Origin: Lachnospiraceae bacterium | GTDB taxonomy: Bacteria > Bacillota > Clostridia > Lachnospirales > Lachnospiraceae | DNA length: 64,000 nucleotides | Reading direction: 5' to 3' | Assembly: GCA_017399885.1 (NCBI GenBank) | Contig: JAFQAU010000264.1 | Location: 6,411 to 70,410, forward strand | Part shown: positions 1 to 9,676 of the stretch, piece by piece | How positions within the stretch are numbered: position 1 is the stretch's first letter | Layout: every line of letters starts with the position of its first letter | The notes under the pieces: generated by a model | The model's input: the letters and a program-made list of their open reading frames with translations, nothing else | Database searches by the model: none | Told to the model about the DNA's origin: nothing | Program-made: the position numbers and the translations under genes

Positions 1-690
1 ATGATAGCTTACACCATCAAAATAATCGTTACATGGATAACCGGTTACCATCTTAGTTTGTATTCCTACACTTCTCATCATGGAAGCGGTCAATGCCGAA
101 ATGTCATAACAGATTCCTTTTTTGGTACGGAAAGTTTCATTAATGTCTGGCATATAATAAGATAAGTTACCACTTTCATTTTCAGCAAATTTGTCATAAT
201 CATAATCAAATTTCTTTACCAAATAGGCACGAATTCCTTTGATCTTTGACATTTGGCTTTTATATTTTTTTGCAATTTTATTTGCCTTTTTTATTGCCTT
301 ATTCTTTTCTTCCCATTTAATCATCTCATTAGATGACAAATATGCTGTTTTATAATCTTCCAATTCCAATTCAATTTCTTCCGAAGTTAATGGACTATAC
401 TTATTATCCTCAATATGCTGTAGGACACATATATTATAGGTGCCATTTCCTGAAGTTAGTGGAATAGAAACTTCAACATCCTTTTGTTCTACAAAATAAT
501 TATATTGATTACTTTCTCCCGATTTCTTTACCGTAACCGCAATCTTAGATTCATCCTCATTTTCATAAGTTACTGTTACAGTTCCATTCTCATTATCAGC
601 AATACCGACTCCGTTACTTGCTTCAATTTCTCCCCCCTGGGAAAAGAACAAAATAGCCCCAAAAAGTAACGCATAACATATCTTCTTCAT
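1..690 (-). CDS. Secreted transglutaminase-like (papain-fold) protein, N-terminal 230 codons; the gene runs off the left edge
   Basis: Absent from the ORF track because there is no stop in the window. My translation from the ATG at 688-690 gives MKKICYALLFGAILFF (signal peptide). Near the edge it gives RTKKGICYDISALTASMMRSVGIQTKMVTGY, a transglutaminase-core-like Cys motif. Confidence 0.6.
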   Translation of the reverse strand, partial: MKKICYALLFGAILFFSQGGEIEASNGVGIADNENGTVTVTYENEDESKIAVTVKKSGESNQYNYFVEQKDVEVSIPLTSGNGTYNICVLQHIEDNKYSPLTSEEIELELEDYKTAYLSSNEMIKWEEKNKAIKKANKIAKKYKSQMSKIKGIRAYLVKKFDYDYDKFAENESGNLSYYMPDINETFRTKKGICYDISALTASMMRSVGIQTKMVTGYPCNDYFDGVSYH

Positions 691-831
691 AAGTCTTCAC
701 CCCTCATGCAAAACGATCCTTTGGTTACATTTTATATTTTTTGGAAACATCTTACTTTTTTATGTAATCTCTAGTTTTATATTACTACTTGTTTTTTTCA
801 CTGTCAATAATTTTGTTATCGGTCTTTTTTC

Positions 832-1512
832 CTATTGCATTTTTTTACATCTTACTATAATACGTCTTGTCCCATTGTCTTCACAGGATAATAAAGTCAG
901 AGTATCCTCTCCCTCTATTGGATTACAAATCCAAACTTCTGTAGGATCTACTATAAATTGTTCGTATACTTTATACTGATAGGTCTGATTATGTATATCA
1001 GCTACTGTAACAATATCTCCCTCTTCAAGCAAATGTATATTTTTAAAAAATTCTCCGTAGTATCCTCCCCTATGACCTGCAAGCACACAATTTCCTTTTC
1101 CCCCAATCGCTGCTGTTTCTTCCATATGTCCTATGGTTGCTCTTAGATTTTCTTTCTTAGCCCCTTCTACTACCACCAATTTCATATGTAATTTCTCACA
1201 GGATATTAAACCTATAATTTTTTGTTGTGCAACTATTTCTTTTACTTCATCTGCTGTATATTTAGAAAAATCTGTGGTAGCCTCCGCATGCTCTGAAAAA
1301 TCTACCAATACCTGTTCTTCTTTCTCTTGTTTTTTTGGTTTTACGGTAGGAATGGGATTTTGCATATGGGCATGAACCAGAAGCTCGTACTCTTGGAGCA
1401 ATGCCTTTTGTACATCTGCATTTTCCTTTTGTAACATACTGGGTATAAGGAAGATTCCTATCCCTAGCAAAATAAATAGGATTCCTATTATTAATCTCCA
1501 TAATTTTTTCAA
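832..1512 (-). CDS. Sortase-family transpeptidase
   Basis: N-terminal membrane anchor, VLAGHRG (His), TLTLLSCE (catalytic Cys) and RIIVRC (Arg). 226 aa. Confidence 0.8.
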   Translation of the reverse strand: MKKLWRLIIGILFILLGIGIFLIPSMLQKENADVQKALLQEYELLVHAHMQNPIPTVKPKKQEKEEQVLVDFSEHAEATTDFSKYTADEVKEIVAQQKIIGLISCEKLHMKLVVVEGAKKENLRATIGHMEETAAIGGKGNCVLAGHRGGYYGEFFKNIHLLEEGDIVTVADIHNQTYQYKVYEQFIVDPTEVWICNPIEGEDTLTLLSCEDNGTRRIIVRCKKMQ

Positions 1513-1544
1513 GGCTGTCTCCCCCCTTAAAGTTAAGCTTTGGA

Positions 1545-1772
1545 AACGAAAATTTTCTTAATAAAGAAAAAAGGCCATAATCACCCAAAATGCCGGTTCT
1601 TGAATTTTGACGCCTAGCTACTGCTAGGTGGGTTGCCCCACTTAAGTGTCTGTCTTCCACTGCAATGGTGGCTTGACATATTCTTAAAAATATCGGCTTC
1701 CCTAATTCGTAAATGTAGGTTCAAAATATCAAGAGTATCGTACATCCCAGGATTCTTACGACCTAGTTTTAT
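1545..1772 (-). promoter_or_regulatory. Long structured 5-prime leader of the sortase gene (candidate riboswitch or attenuator, class unknown)
   Basis: About 260 nt of untranslated leader. Hairpins read directly: CCTAGC-TACT-GCTAGG (1613-1628), GTGGG-TTGC-CCCAC (1628-1641, a GCAA loop on the transcribed strand) and CCAC-TGCAATG-GTGG (1657-1670). A T6 run lies on the transcribed strand at 1567-1572. Confidence 0.35.
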
Positions 1773-1779
1773 TGTATTC

Positions 1780-1808
1780 ATTATAATTGATTTTATGCAT
1801 AAATTCAA
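1780..1808 (-). promoter_or_regulatory. Sigma-A-type promoter for the sortase leader
   Basis: Minus strand: TTGAAT (1808-1803), 17 nt spacer, TATAAT (1785-1780). Confidence 0.45.
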
Positions 1809-1861
1809 TATGCAAGTTAAACAAACTATAAGCCAAAACCCCATAAAAATCGACCAAAAAT

Positions 1862-3367
1862 TTAAAGGTCTTTGTCTTCTATCATATCCTCTTCAATCTT
1901 CTCAAAGGTAAAAGTAAATTTTGTTCCTTTTCCAACCTTACTTTCCACTTGAATATTTCCATCATGCTTTTCTACTATATATTTAACAATTACAAGTCCC
2001 AAACCGGATCCCTTTTCATTTTGGCATAGCTTGGACTTATAGAACTTTTCAAATATATATGGTAATTCCTCTTCTGCAATACCAACGCCTTCATCTTCTA
2101 TTATCACTTTAATCTTTTCTGCTTCTTCTACATCAATTCTAATGGTACTATTTGGCGGGGAAAACTTCATTGCATTATCCAAAATATTCTGAAATAATTG
2201 TCTCAACCGGTCATAATCCCCCTGCATTACCACCCAGTCTTTATTTTTTCTCAATTGTAATTGTAATTCTTTTTCCTGTGCTATTTTTTTATAGTTTCTT
2301 AAAATATCATAAAATATCTGGATCAGATTTACAGGTTCTTTTACAATTTCAAAATGAGGATTTTGTACTTTTGATAAGGTAAGTAGGTCACCTACTAATC
2401 GCTCCATTCCCTGACATTCAGCAACCATTCGCTGGTAATATTTCTGTTTTTTTTCCTCCACTGTAACAATTCCATCTGCCAAGGTCTCTGCATACCCTCG
2501 CATCACTGTAATAGGCGTACGAAGCTCATGAGACACATTGGCAAAAAAATCTAATCGCATTTGTTCCATGGCATTTCTTTCAGATTCATTTTTTTCCAAT
2601 TTTTCTGCCAGTTTATCCATGCTTTGTGCCAAAACACCTATCTCGTTATTTTTGCATATCTTTGTACGTCTTTCATAATTCCCTTTTGCCAATTCCAACG
2701 CCACTCTTCTCATTGCTGATATTGGCTTGGTAATAACCTTCGCCAAAACCAAAGCTAACAGCAATGAAATTAAAATTCCGGCAACAATACTGTATAAAAT
2801 ATATTTTCTTGACGCTTGAATCATAGCATCTCTCTCTTCCACATAGGAGTTCAATAATGCAATACCTACAATTTTCCCACCTGCATTATAAATAGGCGCA
2901 GCAACACACATCATTGTTCTCTCGTAAATGGAATCATAGCCTGATTTATATGAAATTTTTCCTTTTTTTGCTTTTTTAATTACAGCATTGGTCCCTTCTG
3001 ATAAATCAATATGGCTAATATCCGCATTCGTAAACTCTTTTTCTAAATACTCTTCTGAATCCGGATTTTTTATTAACCAAATATCTGTTGTATTGCTATT
3101 CTCTAAGGTTACTAGATATTCCATATAAGTCAAACTACCCTGGGTATCATTTTCACTTATGAATTGTGACATCTTCTGCCCAATTTGCTCTACTTGAGAC
3201 TTTAACTGTTTCTTATAGGACTTTATTATATTTTCTTCATATAGATTTAAATACATAGAACCAATTATTAAAGCAAATAACGTTAAAACCACACCAAAAG
3301 ATATATATACCTGTAGAAATAATCCATTCTTTATCCTTAGTCTATACATTCTCCTCATTGATTTCAA
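1862..3367 (-). CDS. Sensor histidine kinase (HAMP-HisKA-HATPase)
   Basis: Two TM segments flank an extracytoplasmic domain. H-box FFANVSHELRTPIT; G-box GSGLGLVIVKYIV. It overlaps the upstream response regulator gene. Confidence 0.85.
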   Translation of the reverse strand: MKSMRRMYRLRIKNGLFLQVYISFGVVLTLFALIIGSMYLNLYEENIIKSYKKQLKSQVEQIGQKMSQFISENDTQGSLTYMEYLVTLENSNTTDIWLIKNPDSEEYLEKEFTNADISHIDLSEGTNAVIKKAKKGKISYKSGYDSIYERTMMCVAAPIYNAGGKIVGIALLNSYVEERDAMIQASRKYILYSIVAGILISLLLALVLAKVITKPISAMRRVALELAKGNYERRTKICKNNEIGVLAQSMDKLAEKLEKNESERNAMEQMRLDFFANVSHELRTPITVMRGYAETLADGIVTVEEKKQKYYQRMVAECQGMERLVGDLLTLSKVQNPHFEIVKEPVNLIQIFYDILRNYKKIAQEKELQLQLRKNKDWVVMQGDYDRLRQLFQNILDNAMKFSPPNSTIRIDVEEAEKIKVIIEDEGVGIAEEELPYIFEKFYKSKLCQNEKGSGLGLVIVKYIVEKHDGNIQVESKVGKGTKFTFTFEKIEEDMIEDKDL

Positions 3368-4046
3368 ATTTATATCCCACTCCCCATATTGTTTTTATAC
3401 TCCATCCGGGGTGTTCGAACTTGTCTATTTTTGCACGTAAACGCTTGATATGTGAGTCCACGGTTCGACTATCTCCAAAATAATCATACCCCCACAGACT
3501 ATCCAAAAGATTGTCTCTTGTATATACCTTATTAGGGTGCTGTCCTAAAATCCACATAGTCTCAATCTCTTTCTTTGTAAGAGATACCTTTTCCCCATTA
3601 ATAGAAGCTGTGTATTCCTCTAAATTTACAGTTAAATTATCTATACTAAGCATTTTATCATTTTTTACTATCGTATGATTGTTTTTTGGTGTTCTTCTTA
3701 ATACAGCTCGAACCCTTGCCATTACTTCGTTAGGACTGAATGGTTTTACAATATAATCATCTGCTCCAATATCTAATCCCATTACTCTTTCAAAATCCTC
3801 TCCTCTTGCAGTTACAAGAATAATTGGTACATTAGACTTATGTCTGATACTTCGACATACTTCATATCCATCTATTTTAGGCATCATGATATCTAATAAA
3901 ACCAAAACCGGTCTATATTTTTCAAACTTAGTTAAAGCCTCCTGTCCATCTCTTGCTACAATAGGTTCATATCCCTCTTTCTCAATATAGGCCGATAAAA
4001 TATCTGTAATATCTTCATTATCATCCGCAATTAATATTTTTTTCAT
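3342..4046 (-). CDS. OmpR-family response regulator
   Basis: Receiver domain (ILIADDNEDI, LLDIMMP) plus a winged-helix C-terminus (IKTIWGVGYKF). Confidence 0.9.
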   Translation of the reverse strand: MKKILIADDNEDITDILSAYIEKEGYEPIVARDGQEALTKFEKYRPVLVLLDIMMPKIDGYEVCRSIRHKSNVPIILVTARGEDFERVMGLDIGADDYIVKPFSPNEVMARVRAVLRRTPKNNHTIVKNDKMLSIDNLTVNLEEYTASINGEKVSLTKKEIETMWILGQHPNKVYTRDNLLDSLWGYDYFGDSRTVDSHIKRLRAKIDKFEHPGWSIKTIWGVGYKFEINEENV

Positions 4047-4217
4047 CTGTCTCTCCTCCTAAACCTACTTGAAGTGTTTTTAGTTACACATTCTTTTTCA
4101 TTATAAGGTTAATTTTTTTCAAAAACAAGGCAAATTAACTTAAAAGTAACACACAGTTGACAAAGTTCTTTTATATCATCACAACAAAGTAATATAATAA
4201 TTAAGGAGCGAGTATCT

Positions 4218-4865
4218 ATGAATAAAAATCTTTTTAAGCGTTCTGTGATTTTTTTCCTTCTTTGTTTCATTATGGTAAACTCCAATGTTGCTTCTTCGAT
4301 TTCTCACATGAATATTACCATATACGCAAGCGATAAATCACCTAAGCTCAATGTAAAAAAGAAATCTATGCTAAAAAATCAGACGTTTAAGATAATTGTA
4401 TATCGTTTAAAAAAGAACCAAACTGTTGTTTTTTCTGTAAAAGACCCGAATATTGTGTCTATTATTGAAACAAAAGAGAAACAATGTACCATACAAGCAT
4501 TAGCAGTGGGTAAGACAAAGGTGATTGCTACCATCTACAAGGATGACAAGAAAGTGAAGACGTTAAAATGCAAAATTACAGTTACCCCACCTGCTGTGAG
4601 CGTACAATTTAAAGTAGAAGAAGTTGACCTGGAAGAAAACACATCCATGAATTTATGCACTTTAACCAATTTAAAACCCAAGGATACTGCTGAGGTACCT
4701 GTTTTTACAGCAGAAGATAATGATGTTCTTCGAGTATCTCCAAATGGATTTATCACAGGTCTTAAGACTGGTTCTGTGAAGGTTACCGCTACAATTTCCA
4801 ATGGGAAAAGTGATACCATTACAGTTAATGTTGTTGAGGCCTCAAATGAAGAGAACGAAGGATAA
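4218..4865 (+). CDS. Secreted protein with two bacterial Ig-like (Big_2-type) domains
   Basis: Signal peptide. Two repeats end in GKTKVIATI and GSVKVTATISNGKSDTITVNV, the usual Big_2 C-terminal strand pattern. No LPXTG motif. Confidence 0.6.
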   Translation: MNKNLFKRSVIFFLLCFIMVNSNVASSISHMNITIYASDKSPKLNVKKKSMLKNQTFKIIVYRLKKNQTVVFSVKDPNIVSIIETKEKQCTIQALAVGKTKVIATIYKDDKKVKTLKCKITVTPPAVSVQFKVEEVDLEENTSMNLCTLTNLKPKDTAEVPVFTAEDNDVLRVSPNGFITGLKTGSVKVTATISNGKSDTITVNVVEASNEENEG

Positions 4866-4885
4866 TTTGTTTCATAGTACAACGA

Positions 4886-4929
4886 AGTAGCTACTGTTCC
4901 ATATTGAAGGACACAGTAGCTTTTTTTTA
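4886..4929 (+). terminator. Rho-independent terminator
   Basis: AGTAGCTACTGT...ACAGTAGCT stem followed by T8. Confidence 0.8.
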
Positions 4930-5216
4930 CTTTTTTTACACAATAACAGTAACCGTTCAGCCCTAAGATTAATCTGTTCCCCCTAATACCACCAATTGAT
5001 AAATCCGCCTGCTAATGGTTCAACCTAAGCACTAAACCCTTTCAAGTACCAGCAAGTGCAACAAATTGTTGCATTTTTATACTGTTTCAACTAATTGCAT
5101 TTTTTCTCTTTCTATTGTATATTTACCTTGCAAATTTGTAACAGCTCAACTAAAGGCTTTGCTGTTACATCATAAGTCTATATTGTTATAGAAAATTTTA
5201 TACAAAGGAGATTTTT

Positions 5217-5732
5217 ATGCAAAATCATATTTTTAGCCAATCTTACCTAAGGTACTATTCTAGGCTTCTTTCCTTTGCACACACCCATTTATCCGATTAT
5301 TCTTTGGCAGAGGATTTTGTCCAGGACTTCTTCCTGTATATCTACGAACAATTTCACGATTTTCCTGAAGAAGAACTTCTATTTCATACTTTTTTTCAAA
5401 GGTTATCCCCTATGAATGTAAATTCCCTTAATTTTTCTTTTCCTGAAAATAATGCCCCCTCAAGGAACTATCCTCATTCTGAAGATTTTATTTTTTTTCA
5501 ATTCTTTCATAAGCAAAATATAGATCATAAAAACCAATCTGTTCTATCCAAAATTTTCTCAAGTTTAACCCCTCTAGAAAAAAGAATCCTGCACCTTACT
5601 GTAAATAAAAAGAAAAACGCGAAGGAAATTGGTAAACTTCTTTCTCTTAGTCACAGCGCTGTACGAAAAAGATTAGAACGTCTTCGAAAAAAAATTTATG
5701 CTCTTTATGAAAAACAACTTTCAAATTTATAG
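5217..5732 (+). CDS. Divergent sigma-70/ECF-like protein (clear region-4 HTH, weak region 2)
   Basis: The C-terminus LTPLEKRILHLTVNKKKNAKEIGKLLSLSHSAVRKRLERLRKKI resembles sigma region 4. The N-terminal part is poorly conserved. Confidence 0.45.
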   Translation: MQNHIFSQSYLRYYSRLLSFAHTHLSDYSLAEDFVQDFFLYIYEQFHDFPEEELLFHTFFQRLSPMNVNSLNFSFPENNAPSRNYPHSEDFIFFQFFHKQNIDHKNQSVLSKIFSSLTPLEKRILHLTVNKKKNAKEIGKLLSLSHSAVRKRLERLRKKIYALYEKQLSNL

Positions 5733-5876
5733 ACATTTTCCCTATTTTCCCTTACACTAAAAACAAGAATCACGCTTTTGGTATTTCATATCACACAAGA
5801 GAATTTTTAAGAAAGGAATCTATACAAACACTTTACATTTGTGCTTATCAGATACGCATAGAATGTACTTGTTAGA

Positions 5877-6839
5877 ATGGAAAAAAAAATGGAAAATTTT
5901 ATTTACAGCATAAACGCCACAATGCCAGTATTTTTTGTTATGATAATTGGCTACATACTCAGACAAACCGGGATGCTTGATGAACATTTTGCAAAGAAGG
6001 CAAATAAATTCAACTTTACTGTTACCCTACCCGCCCTCTTATTCCAGGATATGGCATCTAGCGATTTGCGTAGCAATTTTGACTTAAGGTTCGTGCTTTT
6101 TTGCGCCATTGTAACTAGCATTTGTTTTTGGGGAATTTGGGGCGCTTCAAAGCTATTTGTACGGAATAATCAGATTCGTGGTGCTTTTGTGCAAGGGTCC
6201 TTTCGTGGAAGTGCCGCGGTCTTCGGAATTGCTTTTATTGTAAATATTTATGGAGATTCTGCAATGGCTCCACTTATGATTCTAGGTGCAGTTCCCCTTT
6301 ATAACATTTATTCTGTTATTGTACTAACCTTTGAGGCATCAGATTTGAATGATGGAAACAGCTCTATAAAAAAGGCATTCCTAAACATCTGCAAAAATCC
6401 AATTATACTTGCCATACTGGTTTCTACTATCTTTTCTTTTTTCGGATTATACGAAAGGACACCATTGGTAATTACAAAAACAGTAAAAAATATTGCTAGC
6501 CTTGCATCACCTCTAGCCTTACTTTCTATTGGAATTACCTTTGAAGGAAAGAAAGCACTGGCAAAAATAAAACCCACTCTGGTTGCAACCATTCTAAAGC
6601 TTGTTATACAACCTGCTATTTTTCTTCCTGTTGCACTACATATGGGATTTACCGGTGAAAAGTTAATTGCATTGATTATTATGCTAGGTGCACCAACTAC
6701 CCCTTCCTGTTACATCATGGCAAAAAACATGAATAATGATGGTATTCTAAGCTCTAGTATTATTGTAACAACTACCTTGCTCTCTTCTATTACCTTGACA
6801 CTATGGATTTTTATTATTAAATCCCTAGGATATTTATAA
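5877..6839 (+). CDS. AEC (auxin efflux carrier/malate permease-like) family transporter
   Basis: About 10 TM segments. N-terminus INATMPVFFVMIIGYILRQTGMLDEHFAKKANKFNFTVTLPALLF is typical of the AEC family. Confidence 0.75.
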   Translation: MEKKMENFIYSINATMPVFFVMIIGYILRQTGMLDEHFAKKANKFNFTVTLPALLFQDMASSDLRSNFDLRFVLFCAIVTSICFWGIWGASKLFVRNNQIRGAFVQGSFRGSAAVFGIAFIVNIYGDSAMAPLMILGAVPLYNIYSVIVLTFEASDLNDGNSSIKKAFLNICKNPIILAILVSTIFSFFGLYERTPLVITKTVKNIASLASPLALLSIGITFEGKKALAKIKPTLVATILKLVIQPAIFLPVALHMGFTGEKLIALIIMLGAPTTPSCYIMAKNMNNDGILSSSIIVTTTLLSSITLTLWIFIIKSLGYL

Positions 6840-6970
6840 GAACTAACAGGCTCACAAGGGCAGTCTGCTTGGTGTTTCCTATGAAACTTACAAATGTGCT
6901 TTTTTATTGAATCAAATTCCCTCTTATGTTATAATCAGATTGCTATTTTACTTAAGAGGAGGACCCTTCT

Positions 6971-7615
6971 GTGAAAAGTTTTAAAATAAAATTATTCCCA
7001 TGGAAACATGTGTGGATTCTTTCCTACTTTTTTATTTATCTGATTTGGTTTTTCTATTTAGAAAGCAGGACAGATTTGCATCATTTTTCCATACATTGTA
7101 AATTGGACGACTACATACCCTTTTGCGAATATTTCGTGATTCCTTATTTACTATGGTTTTTATACATTGCTTTGGTAGTGATTTATTTGTTTTTTACAAA
7201 TGTTTCTGATTATTATAAGTGCTGCGCCTTTTTGTTTATTGGAATGACCATATGTTTGATTATTTATACTTTTTTTCCAAATCAGCAGAATTTAAGACCG
7301 GTACAATTGCCAAGAAATAATATTTTTTCAGATATGGTTGCAATTTTATATGGTACAGATACCAGTACAAATGTATGTCCAAGTATTCATGTATTTAACT
7401 CTATTGGTGTTCATATAGCAATTCTAAAAAATGAACAATTACGTAAGAAGAAATGGATTGTAGTGTGTTCAACTATTTTGGCTATTAGCATTTGTCTGGC
7501 AACCGTATTTCTAAAACAACACTCTGTTGTAGATGGTATATGTGGAGTCCTTTTGGCTATTCTTATGTATGTACTGGTTTACGTAATAAAGTGGGAAAAC
7601 AACCAAACCGTTTAG
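6971..7615 (+). CDS. PAP2-superfamily integral membrane protein
   Basis: GTG start. Polytopic, with PSIHV and KQHSVVDG motifs (PAP2 C2/C3-like). Confidence 0.6.
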   Translation: MKSFKIKLFPWKHVWILSYFFIYLIWFFYLESRTDLHHFSIHCKLDDYIPFCEYFVIPYLLWFLYIALVVIYLFFTNVSDYYKCCAFLFIGMTICLIIYTFFPNQQNLRPVQLPRNNIFSDMVAILYGTDTSTNVCPSIHVFNSIGVHIAILKNEQLRKKKWIVVCSTILAISICLATVFLKQHSVVDGICGVLLAILMYVLVYVIKWENNQTV

Positions 7616-7674
7616 TCACCCCACCCAACTGATGCACATAGTATTTTTTGTATAAACAGCATGGCGTAATATAA

Positions 7675-7740
7675 GCTGTGGCACCATAAACGATAACAGT
7701 TCATAGCAATCTGTTACCATTTATAGTGCCACAGCTTTTT
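7675..7740. terminator. Bidirectional terminator hairpin with a nested TAACAG/CTGTTA inner hairpin
   Basis: GCTGTGGCAC (7675-7684) pairs with GTGCCACAGC (7726-7735), followed by T5. It lies between convergent genes. Confidence 0.7.
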
Positions 7741-8755
7741 AATTAAATCCAAATATTTTCTTTGAAATATGATATCCAATTACGATAATCTTTCTACCTG
7801 TTCTATTCTTTCTCTGCATCATCCAGCCAAGTAAATAACGATTCATTTCACGATATAAACGCTCGTTTTTTTTCTTTAAATAATTCCAAAGCTCTTCTCT
7901 TTTGGCAATACTTTCTTCCGTATTTAACTTTACAAGAAAAACCGAACTTACTGTCATCATCATTACAAGATATTTTACCATATATTTTCTTAATTGCTTG
8001 CATTTTACCTTTGTTAAATCATGACTGTCTATCATTATTTTGGTTACGCGAATCTGCTGATCAATTCGTCCCATCATAACGGTTTCATTTACAGACTGAT
8101 CCTCTCTTCCAATATAGTAACGATAGAAATCTACATCCATATAGTACAGCTTCTTAACGAATGGCAGTGGAACATAAACAAATATATTATCCACATAAAA
8201 AGTATGTTTTGGAAGCTGTAGTCCACATTCTCTTAACATTTTTGTACGGTAAATCACAGAATGCATTAATATATTCTGACTTGACTTAAATTTACCAATC
8301 TCTGACCACCCAAAAATTTTATCAACTGGTAAACAACTTCGATAGTCAATTACTTTTTGTTTTTTTAATTCTAATTTTTCATAAACATAATTAGAAATCA
8401 GCATATCTATCATTTCGCCTGATTCTACAAATTCTTTTAGCTTATCAATGATCTTATATAATGCTTGTTCCTCTACCCAATCATCACTATCCACTACTTT
8501 ATAGTATAAGCCTTTGGCATGTCGAAGTCCTGCATTTACTGCCTCTCCATGCCCACCATTTTCCTGATTCACGACCCGTACGATTGTTGGGTATTTTTTT
8601 TCATATTCTTCTGCTATTTTTTGTGTATTATCCTTAGAACCATCATTTACAATAATGATTTCCAGATCCTCTCCACCAGGTAACAACGACTTTATTGCCC
8701 GTTCCATATATGCTTCTGAGTTATAGCATGGAATTGCTACGCTTAATATTTTCAT
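7739..8755 (-). CDS. Family 2 glycosyltransferase
   Basis: ILSVAIPCYNSEAYMERAIKSLL, IIIVNDGSKDNT, and VVDSDDW (DxD). Confidence 0.85.
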   Translation of the reverse strand: MKILSVAIPCYNSEAYMERAIKSLLPGGEDLEIIIVNDGSKDNTQKIAEEYEKKYPTIVRVVNQENGGHGEAVNAGLRHAKGLYYKVVDSDDWVEEQALYKIIDKLKEFVESGEMIDMLISNYVYEKLELKKQKVIDYRSCLPVDKIFGWSEIGKFKSSQNILMHSVIYRTKMLRECGLQLPKHTFYVDNIFVYVPLPFVKKLYYMDVDFYRYYIGREDQSVNETVMMGRIDQQIRVTKIMIDSHDLTKVKCKQLRKYMVKYLVMMMTVSSVFLVKLNTEESIAKREELWNYLKKKNERLYREMNRYLLGWMMQRKNRTGRKIIVIGYHISKKIFGFN

Positions 8756-8962
8756 TTTTTCCTCCCTAAAATTCTATTGCGTGGAATTAGACACTTCTCG
8801 TATTTAAAATTGCCCACTCCTATTCCTGTTATCCCATTTCCTACGGTCAGCGCGGTAGATACGCACACCTACCTAAACTGTTACCTCTCTTTATTCTATA
8901 CTGAATTACCTATATTGACAAGAAAGATTCTAGGAACTATATTTTATAAAAATACCTTTGAA

Positions 8963-9676
8963 CTACAAACAACCTCGTATTCCCAAAAGTAGCAACAAAT
9001 GTAGGGGATAGAAGAGATAAAACATGTATTTATTTTGTTTTCCTCTTTGTCCATTGTAAAAATGTAATGGAATAAAAGCAAATACTGCCCCTATTTCCAA
9101 AATTCCCATAAAGCCAACCTCTACAATACTACCAAATATAACCCTATACTTTTCCTGCTCCCTAAGCACATAAAATACTACTATCAATAAAACTCCAGCC
9201 CCACCGTAATCCGTTCGCAGTAGGTCTGCTAGGATAAACATGGAAAATACACAGACCATTTGTCCAAACCAGTTGTGCTTCCAGCGCTGCATGCATACAA
9301 TAGCCAACAGTCCAAAAAACATGGTAAAATATACATTCTGATAACTCCAATCAAAACATTTATCGAACAATACCAAATCAAAGGGAATCTCTGAAATCAA
9401 TCCAAAGATAAATAATCGAAATAGGTATTTTTTTATATTTTTTGTATGCACAGCCCCTTCTACAATAAAGAAACAAAAGATAGGAAAAGCTAACCTTCCG
9501 ATTTCTCTTAATATAAAATAGAGAATCATCATAGATGTATCTTCCATTAACTGTGGATATGCTTTTTCCATAAAATTAACAGTTGCATGGTCAATAAACA
9601 TGGTTATGATTGCTATCCATTTTATTGTAGAGGCTGTTAAGCCTTTCTCTTTCCTTTCAGCTAAATTACTTTCCAT
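8963..9676 (-). CDS. TraX-family membrane protein
   Basis: LTASTIKWIAIITMFIDH N-terminal signature; polytopic. Confidence 0.7.
   Translation of the reverse strand: MESNLAERKEKGLTASTIKWIAIITMFIDHATVNFMEKAYPQLMEDTSMMILYFILREIGRLAFPIFCFFIVEGAVHTKNIKKYLFRLFIFGLISEIPFDLVLFDKCFDWSYQNVYFTMFFGLLAIVCMQRWKHNWFGQMVCVFSMFILADLLRTDYGGAGVLLIVVFYVLREQEKYRVIFGSIVEVGFMGILEIGAVFAFIPLHFYNGQRGKQNKYMFYLFYPLHLLLLLGIRGCL

Noticed and set aside
1262-1911. Track ORFs 1262-1660(-), 1614-1844(-) and 1633-1911(+) in the sortase upstream region
   Set aside because: They overlap the sortase gene out of frame or span the hairpin-rich leader. Their composition is Cys/Arg-rich and junk-like, and they lack an RBS. The region is better explained as non-coding leader.
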